From the IMG/VR virus record IMGVR_UViG_3300047576_000060: DNA of 42,305 nt. The stretch is one strand, 5' to 3'. The position numbers and the translations under genes were made by a program. The notes under the pieces are model-generated. The model saw nothing but the letters and a program-made list of their open reading frames with translations. It did not search any database and had not been told where the DNA came from. The stretch comes from a virus. This document shows, in pieces, positions 34,851 through 42,280 of this stretch; the first letter of the stretch is position 1; each line of letters opens with the position of its first letter.

Positions 34851-35500
34851 GAATCGTCCTCAAGCTTGTGGCCGATCTTGCGCTCGCATTGCGGACACCC
34901 GTTTTGCACTACCTGGCCATGCCCACAATCTTTAACGAAATCTTCGAGTGCTTTCACGTCGGCCAAATATCCGGCATCCATGAGGGGGGCGGGCTGGGCG
35001 CGTAGTTTTATGAATTTACCGATATCCTCAAGCCCACGAAGAACTTCGACATTGGCCGTTCCGTAGGCCACTAGGACATTGGGCGCGGTGCAGCCAGTAT
35101 CGCTAATCTTGCCGCTGACATGGTGGAAAGTCAGACGCCCACGGAGGAATAACACGGCATCCGCTCTACGCCATACCGAATCGAAGAATGCTCGCGTGTC
35201 GGTTCGTGCGATAACCAAGCCGATACCATTTCCATGATCGGCAAGCCGCTGCATCCAAACTCCAATTTTCCTGCCATACGGCGGATTGCACCACACGCGG
35301 CCCTCCCACGGCTTAGCTAGGCCGTTCTCCTCGATGGAGTAGTGGTGTAGGGCGGTCGACCACGGGCGCCTAGAATCGCTTGGGGCGCACGGGTCTAGAT
35401 CGAACTCACCCAGCCGTTTCAACAGCCAGGGAGGCGTAAGCCATTCCTCTTTGGTGGCTATTGCCGACTCGTGAGTACCGATACTAAGTTGCTGCATCAC
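34847..35500 (-). CDS. Phage-type DNA N6-adenine methyltransferase (Dam family) with a C-terminal Cys cluster
   Basis: EEWLTPPWLLKRLGEFDLDPCA...WEGRVWCNPPYG fits the phage Dam pattern. The C-terminus reads CGHGQVVQNGCPQC. Confidence 0.8.
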   Translation of the reverse strand: MMQQLSIGTHESAIATKEEWLTPPWLLKRLGEFDLDPCAPSDSRRPWSTALHHYSIEENGLAKPWEGRVWCNPPYGRKIGVWMQRLADHGNGIGLVIARTDTRAFFDSVWRRADAVLFLRGRLTFHHVSGKISDTGCTAPNVLVAYGTANVEVLRGLEDIGKFIKLRAQPAPLMDAGYLADVKALEDFVKDCGHGQVVQNGCPQCERKIGHKLEDDS

Positions 35501-35509
35501 AGTCTTTTA

Positions 35510-35764
35510 TCAATTGTGAGTGCTGGTTTGCATAGCTTCGTACAGGCCACGGATGAACGCGCGAGCTGGCTCGGTGGAGCATTCGCAGTTCCGCAGGTGG
35601 CCGCCAAGGTAGTACCACTGCTGATCGAAGTTCGATTCGGAATCCGCTGCGATGCGACCGATCTCCACGAAGAATGCGCACTGCTGCTCGTCGCTCATGT
35701 CGCAGAAGATTTTAGCCATCAATTCTGGCGTGACATCAACGGTGGATTTCATTTCGATTTGCAC
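35510..35764 (-). CDS. Hypothetical protein
   Basis: 84-aa ORF. Alternative start at 35752 (MKSTVDV...). Confidence 0.5.
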   Translation of the reverse strand: MQIEMKSTVDVTPELMAKIFCDMSDEQQCAFFVEIGRIAADSESNFDQQWYYLGGHLRNCECSTEPARAFIRGLYEAMQTSTHN

Positions 35765-35800
35765 AAAAACCCCTGTATTTACAGTCTATTCCCTGTGCTG

Positions 35801-35971
35801 TCACTTGCGCCGCCCAGCGAAAAGCCGCTCGATCAAGAGCACCGGCAACAAGAGCACGGTCGCAAGCGCGATGAGGGTCCAGCCGAGCACCGCGCCGAGC
35901 ACGCTCGGCTGTGGCGCGAGGCGATGCGAGCGGGGGCCTAAGTGACAGGTGCATTTCGGGGGTGCGCTCAT
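35801..35971 (-). CDS. Possible small membrane protein (56 aa)
   Basis: MSAPPKCTCHLGPRSHRLAPQPSVLGAVLGWTLIALATVLLLPVLLIERLF... 1-nt overlap with the upstream stop. Confidence 0.35.
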   Translation of the reverse strand: MSAPPKCTCHLGPRSHRLAPQPSVLGAVLGWTLIALATVLLLPVLLIERLFAGRRK

Positions 35972-36135
35972 CAGTCATTCTCCGGGTGCGGCGGGCAGGT
36001 ACAGGCGCTCTTCGGCCCGCAGATGCTGCAATAGGGCGAGGGATCGTAGTCCGGGTGATACGGGCAGCGCTGATCGTGTATTTCGTCGTACTCCGCGCAG
36101 CGGGCGCACACGAGTTCGGGGGTCTGTTCGCTCAT
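35971..36135 (-). CDS. Possible small Cys-rich protein (54 aa)
   Basis: MSEQTPELVCARCAEYDEIHDQRCPYHPDYDPSPYCSICGPKSACTC. ATGA overlap with the upstream gene. Confidence 0.35.
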   Translation of the reverse strand: MSEQTPELVCARCAEYDEIHDQRCPYHPDYDPSPYCSICGPKSACTCPPHPEND

Positions 36136-36560
36136 GGGATGTCAACCTTGTGTAGTGTCTTTTTGAAGGGACGGCGGCGCGGCAACGTCACCGTGAATTC
36201 GATCGGCTCCGCGATATCGGGCGAACCCCAGATGCGCAGGCACGGCTCCCCGTTCCAGATGTCTTCGAACAAGGTGATGCGTTTGCCGATCCAGTTGGCG
36301 ATGTCCTTGCCGAACATTTCCTTGATGCAAAGGCCGTTGGTTTTGCAGGCTACTAGTTTTTTAGGTGTGCGCTCGAAGGAGATGATGCACTTGGTCTTTT
36401 TGCCGTCATCGCCCTCCAAATCCTCAAGTTCCACGTCCGCCAAGGTGAGCGTAACTTTTTTGCCCTTCAAGTCAGCGGCCTTGATGAAGCGGCCCGGGTA
36501 CAACTCATCGTAGCTCGTCGGCTTCGCGTGACGTTTCGGCTCCTGCATCATGGCGTTCAC
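36132..36560 (-). CDS. Hypothetical protein downstream of the exonuclease
   Basis: 142 aa (FIKAADLKGKKVTLTLADVELEDL...LVACKTNGLCIKEMFGKDIANWIGKRITLF). Recurrent phage-type architecture of unknown function. Confidence 0.6.
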   Translation of the reverse strand: MNAMMQEPKRHAKPTSYDELYPGRFIKAADLKGKKVTLTLADVELEDLEGDDGKKTKCIISFERTPKKLVACKTNGLCIKEMFGKDIANWIGKRITLFEDIWNGEPCLRIWGSPDIAEPIEFTVTLPRRRPFKKTLHKVDIP

Positions 36561-37390
36561 TCCAAGCCCAAGTCGGTGAGGTCATCATCTTCGCGCTGGT
36601 ACGCCCAGGACGGGAGGGTCAAATCTTCCTCCTGCGGATTTGGCCCCGGCCATTGTCCCGACGTTTCACACTCGGCCAATCTCTCAAGCAGGCGGCGGTA
36701 CTCGTCGCGCCCCTGCTCGATGACATCATTTGGAATACGATACACCGCGACCGCGTGCGGCGCCTCGGACTCGACCACCACCTCGATCATCTGCGGCGCT
36801 TCGCCGCGGTTTGACACGAAGCCGTCGTGATAGAAGGCCCACTGTAGGTGATAGCCCAACTTCGCCGCCTGGGAACCGAAAATCATGTGCCGGCAGTCGC
36901 GCGCGGTTTTAAGTCCCACCAGCACCGGCTTCCCGTCCTGCCCGGTCCACCAATCAATGCGACCCTTGCAGGCCCACTCGCCCAGGCTCCACGTAAGCGA
37001 CACCTCAGGATCACCCGACGCTAGGTACTTCATCGCGAGCGTGCTCGCCCGCACCGCCTTCGCAATGTCGCGCGCTAGGTACCCCTCGTCACGGGTGAGC
37101 ACAGTCTTGCCCAAGTGTAGGGTGGTGAACTCATCCCAGTACTGGCCGCGGCGCGGGGCGGAGGCATCGGCGTCGGTGCGCCGCTCCCAGATGGCAAAGT
37201 CCCGCTCGAAGCGCTCCGGCTCCAAGACCGCGACGTGCGTGGCGATGCCAAGCGTCATCGGGGCAGAGTCCTTTGGGTGCGCAAGCGCCCACTGATAGTG
37301 CTGCGGGCTGCGACGCAACTCTTTCAAGCGCGTGATAGAGATCGCCTCGATACGCTGGTATTCAGGTCGCGGCAGGCGGGACTGGATCAT
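36557..37390 (-). CDS. PD-(D/E)XK exonuclease (RecE C-terminal / DUF3799-like)
   Basis: ISITRLKELRRSPQHYQWAL...LGIATHVAVLEPERFERDF, plus downstream D/E..K-type motifs (GRIDWW...LVGLKTARD). Confidence 0.7.
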   Translation of the reverse strand: MIQSRLPRPEYQRIEAISITRLKELRRSPQHYQWALAHPKDSAPMTLGIATHVAVLEPERFERDFAIWERRTDADASAPRRGQYWDEFTTLHLGKTVLTRDEGYLARDIAKAVRASTLAMKYLASGDPEVSLTWSLGEWACKGRIDWWTGQDGKPVLVGLKTARDCRHMIFGSQAAKLGYHLQWAFYHDGFVSNRGEAPQMIEVVVESEAPHAVAVYRIPNDVIEQGRDEYRRLLERLAECETSGQWPGPNPQEEDLTLPSWAYQREDDDLTDLGLE

Positions 37391-37583
37391 GGCTGAGCAC
37401 CTTGTTGATCTTATCGAGTGTGGCGTCGACCGAATCGGCGATCCGACGCGCGCCTAGCACCTTGCCATCCGCGACGCCGACCTCGTAGGCGATCTGAACC
37501 GCTTGGCGGCGGATGTCGTCGGTCATGGCCGTGCAGACCAGGCGTTTGATGTCGTCCAGTATTTTCTTCGTGTCCTCGTCCAT
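37362..37583 (-). CDS. Hypothetical protein
   Basis: 73-aa ORF. TGATG overlap with the upstream gene. Confidence 0.5.
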   Translation of the reverse strand: MDEDTKKILDDIKRLVCTAMTDDIRRQAVQIAYEVGVADGKVLGARRIADSVDATLDKINKVLSHDPVPPAAT

Positions 37584-37735
37584 CAGTGAAAATCCCTCAT
37601 GGAGTTGAAGCGTGAATCGGGCTGCGGCTTCGGCAGGAACTTGCGCCGCTCGCGCACTTCCTCAATCCAAATCGCCGCGCCGCACACGAGCACGACCCCT
37701 AAGAACATCAGCACCAGCGACGTTTGCCAGCTCAT
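37583..37735 (-). CDS. Small membrane protein (50 aa), first gene of the leftward operon
   Basis: GGGAG lies 7 nt before ATG 37735 (MSWQTSLVLMFLGVVLVCGAAIWIEEV...). The ORF track extends to 37801. Confidence 0.4.
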   Translation of the reverse strand: MSWQTSLVLMFLGVVLVCGAAIWIEEVRERRKFLPKPQPDSRFNSMRDFH

Positions 37736-37748
37736 GTAAGACTCCCAG

Positions 37749-37801
37749 TTGCAAAACACTCTCGATGGGCGTACGTTAATTGCACTAAGCCATATTGTCA
37801 A
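37749..37801. promoter_or_regulatory. Symmetric pair of overlapping divergent sigma70-like promoters
   Basis: TTGCAA (37749-54), 17 bp, TACGTT (37772-77) reads rightward. TTGACA (rc of 37796-801), 17 bp, TAACGT (rc of 37773-78) reads leftward. The two -10 elements share one palindromic core. Confidence 0.3.
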
Positions 37802-37810
37802 GGGCCATAA

Positions 37811-37999
37811 ATGCGAAAGTTAAAAAGATTACGAGAAGTGCGTATAGCGCGCAAGATGTCGCAGCAGGAACTTGCGAGGGCGCTGCGCACGAATCAATCG
37901 AACGTGTCGCAATGGGAGACGGAAAAAACAAAGCCTTGGCCGCACACGGTCGATAAGATCGCCAAAGCGCTCGGCTGCGAGCCCAAGGAGTTGTTGTGA
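37811..37999 (+). CDS. XRE-family HTH regulator (Cro-like)
   Basis: LREVRIARKMSQQELARALRTNQSNVSQWE is a classic HTH_XRE pattern. 62 aa. Confidence 0.75.
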   Translation: MRKLKRLREVRIARKMSQQELARALRTNQSNVSQWETEKTKPWPHTVDKIAKALGCEPKELL

Positions 38000-38406
38000 C
38001 CGAATCCTCGCGCATGACGCTCGATCAGTACCGTACCAGCCAGGCCCTCGCGCACGGTTTTAAGCGCGGCAACAAGTACAACGCCAAGCGCACGCTCATC
38101 GACGGGATCTGGTTCGACTCGAAATTGGAGGCGGGGCGGTATCGGGAACTGAAGGCCCTCCAAGGGGCGGGCGATGTGGCGTGGTTTATTTGCCAAGTGC
38201 CGTTTCGCTTGCCGGGCGGGATCATCTACCGCGCGGATTTTTTGGTGGTGTGGCACTCGCACCCGAGCCTGCCGCGCGGCTCACCCGGGGTCACGGTGGA
38301 GGACTGCAAGGGGGCGAGAACACGCGTCTCCATCAACAAGATCAAGCAGGTTGAGGAGATCTACGGCATCAACGTGCAACTCATCACGCGGGTGCGCAAG
38401 CGATGA
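37996..38406 (+). CDS. DUF1064-family protein (putative nuclease/resolvase-like)
   Basis: NKYNAKRTLIDGIWFDSKLEAGRYRELKAL...YRADFLV...VEDCKG matches the DUF1064 pattern. Confidence 0.75.
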   Translation: MTESSRMTLDQYRTSQALAHGFKRGNKYNAKRTLIDGIWFDSKLEAGRYRELKALQGAGDVAWFICQVPFRLPGGIIYRADFLVVWHSHPSLPRGSPGVTVEDCKGARTRVSINKIKQVEEIYGINVQLITRVRKR

Positions 38407-38418
38407 GGGCGCGACGGA

Positions 38419-39237
38419 TCAGGTATCGGTTTTTGGCGCGGCCGGGGCGCTTGCTCGCGCTTTGGCTTTGCGCCGGCGCTTGCGCTTGGGCGTTCGTGCT
38501 GCACCGGGTGGGCTGGCTTTGACATGCTTCAAGCGGGCGGCGGCGCGCACGCTCGCGCACCACGCCTCGAGCAGGGGAACTTTGGCCATCGCGCGCTTCA
38601 AGACCGCGGGCACGTCGGCGGGTTCGAGCGCCCGCTGAGCCGCTGGCAGTGCTACCAGGTCGGGCTCGTCGGGCGCTTGGAGCTCGCCGAACACCTCTTT
38701 GTGGATGTCCTCGGTGAGCGCCGGGCAGCGATACATCGCCAAGCAGCCCTGGCAGTAAGGGCCGGGAACCAAATGATCGAGCGCGGTGATCGAGGCGCTC
38801 AAGGAAAGCGATAGGGCCGCAGCCTCGGTGATTTTGGCCCCCTCGACGTAGAGCTCCTCCGGCGTCCCCACGTTCGTTTCCGTGAAGTCGTGCAGGATTT
38901 GGTACTTGAGGAGCGCAGCTAAGGCGAGTATCGGCTCCGGCGGATACACCTCGAGGCGCGTCTTGCCGCTCTCCGTCGAGTCGGCCAAGAGAACGCTTGC
39001 GAACCCCACCGCCCCGCGCTCGCCCGTAATCTCCCCGACGTTGAGGCTCGCCAAGGGGATGAACTCGACCGCCGCGCCTTGGGCCTGTAATGCGCTCGCG
39101 CGCGCCTCGAGCTCGGCCCGCCGTGGCGCAGGCAAGACGGGCACATCCTCGGGGCGCCCGCCTTCGGATTCCTCGAGCGCGGGGCGACCCGGGCAGGCGC
39201 GCCAGGCGGGCAGGTCCAAAAGGCGCAGGTAGCTCAT
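38419..39237 (-). CDS. Cas4/DUF2800-like protein with Fe-S Cys ligands and a basic C-terminal tail
   Basis: An N-terminal Cys (AWRACPG) plus CQGCLAMYRC (C-x2-C-x5-C) fit the Cas4/AddB-type cluster. The nuclease motifs look degenerate. The tail reads KRKRRRKAKARA. Confidence 0.5.
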   Translation of the reverse strand: MSYLRLLDLPAWRACPGRPALEESEGGRPEDVPVLPAPRRAELEARASALQAQGAAVEFIPLASLNVGEITGERGAVGFASVLLADSTESGKTRLEVYPPEPILALAALLKYQILHDFTETNVGTPEELYVEGAKITEAAALSLSLSASITALDHLVPGPYCQGCLAMYRCPALTEDIHKEVFGELQAPDEPDLVALPAAQRALEPADVPAVLKRAMAKVPLLEAWCASVRAAARLKHVKASPPGAARTPKRKRRRKAKARASAPAAPKTDT

Positions 39238-39584
39238 CGCTTCGTGCTGATCTCCGCCATCAGCGCGGGGTACTGCTCGGGCTTCAAATCCTTCATGTAG
39301 GTAGCCCCATGGCGCTTCACCAAGTCCACCCCCGCCTGGTAACCGTGCCGATCCTGGTAACCCAGGATCGCCTGCTTGAGCACCGGGTAAGGAATCGACG
39401 ACGCCGCCGCCGTTGCTGAAACACTTAGCGTAGACACAGGTAATTCCCCTAACGGGGTTTCGGGAGCGCGGCGGCGTCGCGGTGCCGCCGCGATCAAGGG
39501 ATGGGCGCTCTCGAGCGCTTGCGCGATGCGCTCCAACGCGCCCAAGAAGCGCTCGGTGTAGTCTTTGATGAGTTGCGGTTCCAT
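39234..39584 (-). CDS. Hypothetical protein
   Basis: ATG at 39584 (MEPQLIKDYTERF...). The ORF track extends to 39698, across the divergent gene. Confidence 0.5.
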   Translation of the reverse strand: MEPQLIKDYTERFLGALERIAQALESAHPLIAAAPRRRRAPETPLGELPVSTLSVSATAAASSIPYPVLKQAILGYQDRHGYQAGVDLVKRHGATYMKDLKPEQYPALMAEISTKR

Positions 39585-39608
39585 AGCCCTAGCTACATAC
39601 GCGCTTCG

Positions 39609-39627
39609 TGTGGTATATGCAAGTTCT
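39609..39627 (+). promoter_or_regulatory. Extended -10 promoter candidate giving a near-leaderless transcript
   Basis: TGgTATATG at 39611-39619 ends 8 nt before ATG 39628. No Shine-Dalgarno sequence precedes the ATG. Confidence 0.25.
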
Positions 39628-39882
39628 ATGTTAACACAACGCGACCGCAGCGCCTTAAACAAGCAGATTGAGGACATGTACCGGCAACGCGCGCTCAATC
39701 TAGCGCTCGCTATGGAGCACGCGGGGGGTTGGGCACAGCTCGGGCGATTGTGCGGTCAAAGTGCTGATTTCTTGAAGCAATTGGCGAGCTCTCGGCCGCA
39801 ACGGCGCGTCGGCGAGCACTTGGCGCGCAAGATTGAGTTCGATTTAGGGGTGCCGAAGGGCTGGCTCGACGAGAAACATTAG
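39628..39882 (+). CDS. CI/Cro-type repressor-like DNA-binding protein
   Basis: ATG 39628 (MLTQRDRSALNKQ...). GGWAQLGRLCGQSADFLKQL......VGEHLARKIEFDLGVPKGWLD resembles prophage repressor HTH domains. Confidence 0.6.
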   Translation: MLTQRDRSALNKQIEDMYRQRALNLALAMEHAGGWAQLGRLCGQSADFLKQLASSRPQRRVGEHLARKIEFDLGVPKGWLDEKH

Positions 39883-39897
39883 GGTATATATCAAGCG

Positions 39898-39976
39898 GTG
39901 GCGCCCTAGATTGGAAGTCATGATCCGGTCGTAAGCGGTTTTCCCTCCATGTCTACGCGAGGGCGCCACTTTTTTT
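39898..39976 (+). terminator. Terminator-like structure: 10-bp GC stem enclosing a 52-nt loop, then T7
   Basis: GTGGCGCCCT (39898-39907) pairs with AGGGCGCCAC (39960-39969), followed by TTTTTTT (39970-39976). Lies directly after the repressor-like gene. Confidence 0.45.
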
Positions 39977-40002
39977 AAGACGTGGACAGACTGGAGTTAT
40001 CG

Positions 40003-40188
40003 ATGCGCCGGTACATCCCGCCTCAGCCGCCCCACAAGTCCCACCTGCGATATTTCAATTTGTTGACAGTCGATGAGCAGAAGGCGTCGGTCAAGCGCCT
40101 GCTGGCGAGCCATCAGAGTGAGCACCACGTCGCGAGCCTGACGGGGTTATCGGTTGACCAGGTGCGACGCATGGCGGGCGCGCCGTGA
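40003..40188 (+). CDS. Small HTH-like hypothetical protein
   Basis: GGAG lies 6 nt before ATG 40003 (the ORF track starts at GTG 39982). VASLTGLSVDQVRRM is HTH-like. Confidence 0.45.
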   Translation: MRRYIPPQPPHKSHLRYFNLLTVDEQKASVKRLLASHQSEHHVASLTGLSVDQVRRMAGAP

Positions 40189-40263
40189 CGCCGGACGATG
40201 AGCTGATTGCACTCATGGCCGCCGAAATCAGGCGCTTGCGGGAACTATTAAAGGCCATTTTAG

Positions 40264-41658
40264 ATGGCCGATAAAATAGTCGATTTGGAGAGCCGACGCG
40301 AGAAGCTAACGCGCCTTGAGATCAACGACACGGACATCGCCAATTGCGCGCGGCTCGCAACTCGGCACGGCGCCGATATCCGATTTACCGCAGCGCGCGG
40401 CTGGTTCGCCTGGGACGGCAAGCGCTGGGCAGTCGATGAGAAGGCGGTCAGAGTCCAAGGCATGGCGAAGGAAACGGCCCGATCTATCTTTGGCGAAATA
40501 GAGCAGGCGGCCGACCGCAATGCGATGTTTCGGCACGCGCGCAAAAGCCAATCTAAAGGCGCGATCGATGCCATGATGTGGCTCGCCCGCTCAGAGCCTG
40601 GGATCCTCACCAAGATCACGGATTTTGACGCGGATGGCTGGCTGCTCAATGTCGCAAACGGAACATTGGACTTAAAAACCTTAGGTTTGCGTCCGCACCG
40701 GCGCGAGGACCTGATTTCTAACATTGTCGATATTGAGTTTGATCCGGCGGCGGACGCGGAACTCTGGGACGGCTTTTTGTGGCGAGTGACGGATCGGAAC
40801 GAGGAGTTGTATCGGTATCTGAGACGCTTTGTCGGCTACCTTTTGGTCGGCGACATCTCAGACCAAAGCCTGCATTTTTTGTACGGCCTGGGAGCGAACG
40901 GCAAGAGCGTCTTTTGCGAGGTGCTGATGCGGCTCTTGGGTGAGTATGCAATTGGGGTGTCGCCCGATTTGATCATGCTCAAGCGTCACGGCGGAATTCC
41001 GAATGATGTGGCGCGCTTGCGCGGGATCCGGGCGGCGCTCATGAACGAGACCTCTCAGGGTGCGCGGTTCGATGAGGCGAAATTGAAGGACTTGACGGGC
41101 GGCGATACCTTAAGCGCGCGCTTTTTGCATCAGGAGTTTTTCGACTTCAGGCCCACGCATCGGATCATCATCCGAGGAAACCATAAACCGGTGATCAATG
41201 GCACGGATGAGGGCATCTGGCGGCGGCTCCGCCTAGTGCCTTTTACCGTGACCATCCCTGAGGATGAACGGGACCTGCATCTTATCGCCAAGCTTGAGGC
41301 CGAGTTGCCGGGAATTTTGAACTGGGCACTGCAAGGCTGTCGCGAGTGGCAGGAGCAGGGTCTGCGGCCGCCACCGATCGTGACCGATGCGGTGCGAGCG
41401 TACCGCGAGGAGTCGGACATTTTAGGCCGTTTTATCGCGGAGTCCTGCGAGGTGCGTAAGCTTGCCCAGATCAAGTCCTCCGCGTTGTTCAAGGCCTATC
41501 AGCAATTTGCCGAAGCAGCCGGCGAGCGCTGGATGCCTGCGAAGGACTTCCCGGATGAGCTCGCCCGCCGCGGCTTTACCGCTAAGCGCTTGAAAACGGG
41601 CGTCGTGTTTGAGGGCATCGAGTTACAGATCCAGGAGCCTAATTGGTTAAGCAATTGA
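40264..41658 (+). CDS. D5_N / P4-family primase-helicase (NTPase) protein
   Basis: DTDIANCARLATRHGADIRFTAARGWFAWDGKRW matches the D5_N pattern. Walker A is LYGLGANGKSVF. The downstream phage/plasmid primase C-terminal region reads GIWRRLRLVPF. Confidence 0.8.
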   Translation: MADKIVDLESRREKLTRLEINDTDIANCARLATRHGADIRFTAARGWFAWDGKRWAVDEKAVRVQGMAKETARSIFGEIEQAADRNAMFRHARKSQSKGAIDAMMWLARSEPGILTKITDFDADGWLLNVANGTLDLKTLGLRPHRREDLISNIVDIEFDPAADAELWDGFLWRVTDRNEELYRYLRRFVGYLLVGDISDQSLHFLYGLGANGKSVFCEVLMRLLGEYAIGVSPDLIMLKRHGGIPNDVARLRGIRAALMNETSQGARFDEAKLKDLTGGDTLSARFLHQEFFDFRPTHRIIIRGNHKPVINGTDEGIWRRLRLVPFTVTIPEDERDLHLIAKLEAELPGILNWALQGCREWQEQGLRPPPIVTDAVRAYREESDILGRFIAESCEVRKLAQIKSSALFKAYQQFAEAAGERWMPAKDFPDELARRGFTAKRLKTGVVFEGIELQIQEPNWLSN

Positions 41659-41852
41659 GTTTGCTCGCGCCGATCATCGAAGGCCCGAAACCGCGTTGCA
41701 GCCGATGCGGCCGAGAAGCCAAAACCATCGACCGCGACGAAGGCCAATGCGAGCGCTGCAACGCCGCGTGGCTGCATGAGGTGTGCAGACTCGCGCTCAT
41801 CGCCTCCCTCGATCCTGAGGCAGCTCGTCTTTACATGCGGGACGGCGAATAG
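41643..41852 (+). CDS. Small zinc-ribbon-like protein
   Basis: CSRCGREAKTIDRDEGQCERC. TTG start overlapping the helicase gene end. Confidence 0.4.
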   Translation: MVKQLSLLAPIIEGPKPRCSRCGREAKTIDRDEGQCERCNAAWLHEVCRLALIASLDPEAARLYMRDGE

Positions 41853-41868
41853 TGTCAAGAAGTGTAAA

Positions 41869-41956
41869 GGTGTAGGCAGGTGTAGGCTACGCCCTGTTTT
41901 TTCTATGACGCGCGCGCGTATGTAAATATATGGATGACCCTACACCACCCTACACC
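41869..41956. promoter_or_regulatory. Iteron-like cluster: 2 direct plus 2 inverted GGTGTAGG 8-mers flanking an AT-rich/alternating-CG spacer
   Basis: GGTGTAGG at 41869-76 and 41879-86. CCTACACC at 41939-46 and 41949-56. Each pair has 10-bp phasing. The 52-bp spacer contains T6, ACGCGCGCGCGT and TGTAAATATATGG. Confidence 0.5.
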
Positions 41957-41975
41957 CGATGAGTTCCACGTGGAA

Positions 41976-42279
41976 CACACCGTCCAAGCCCCAATTTGCC
42001 CGATTTCCCGAGCTATTGAGCCGATTCAATAGGCCGGTCTATTAAACGGATAGTCGCCAAGGGTCAGATCCCTGGCGCGGCGGCGTGTCAGAATGCGACG
42101 ATGTACTGCGCATAATCGTTTATTGGGCTTTCGGACGCTCGGCTGACCGATTTCAGTTAACATAATTCTTATTCTACGAAGTTACTACTTATGTCAAATC
42201 ACGTCTTGACCTCGTCTGCCTGGGCAATGGTTCGGTCTCTAAGGGATCGTTTGGGGCGCGCGCTCGCGATGACGTGATA
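41976..42279 (+). repeat. Right copy of 304-bp direct terminal repeat
   Basis: Same sequence as 27-330. Followed by 1 nt, then the adapter. Confidence 0.9.
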
Positions 42280-42280
42280 A

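Noticed and set aside
37811-39882. Temperate lifestyle / prophage ends (integrase, att sites)
   Set aside because: Cro-like and CI-like regulators exist, but I could find no integrase, recombinase, transposase or partition gene. The terminal repeats are phage DTR-type, not att-like core repeats flanking host DNA.
40185-40274. 29-aa ORF (VTPDDELIALMAAEIRRLRELLKAILDGR), GTGA-coupled between the small HTH-like gene and the helicase
   Set aside because: It is too short to support from sequence alone. It may be real (a coupled, helical peptide), but it is left out of the feature list.
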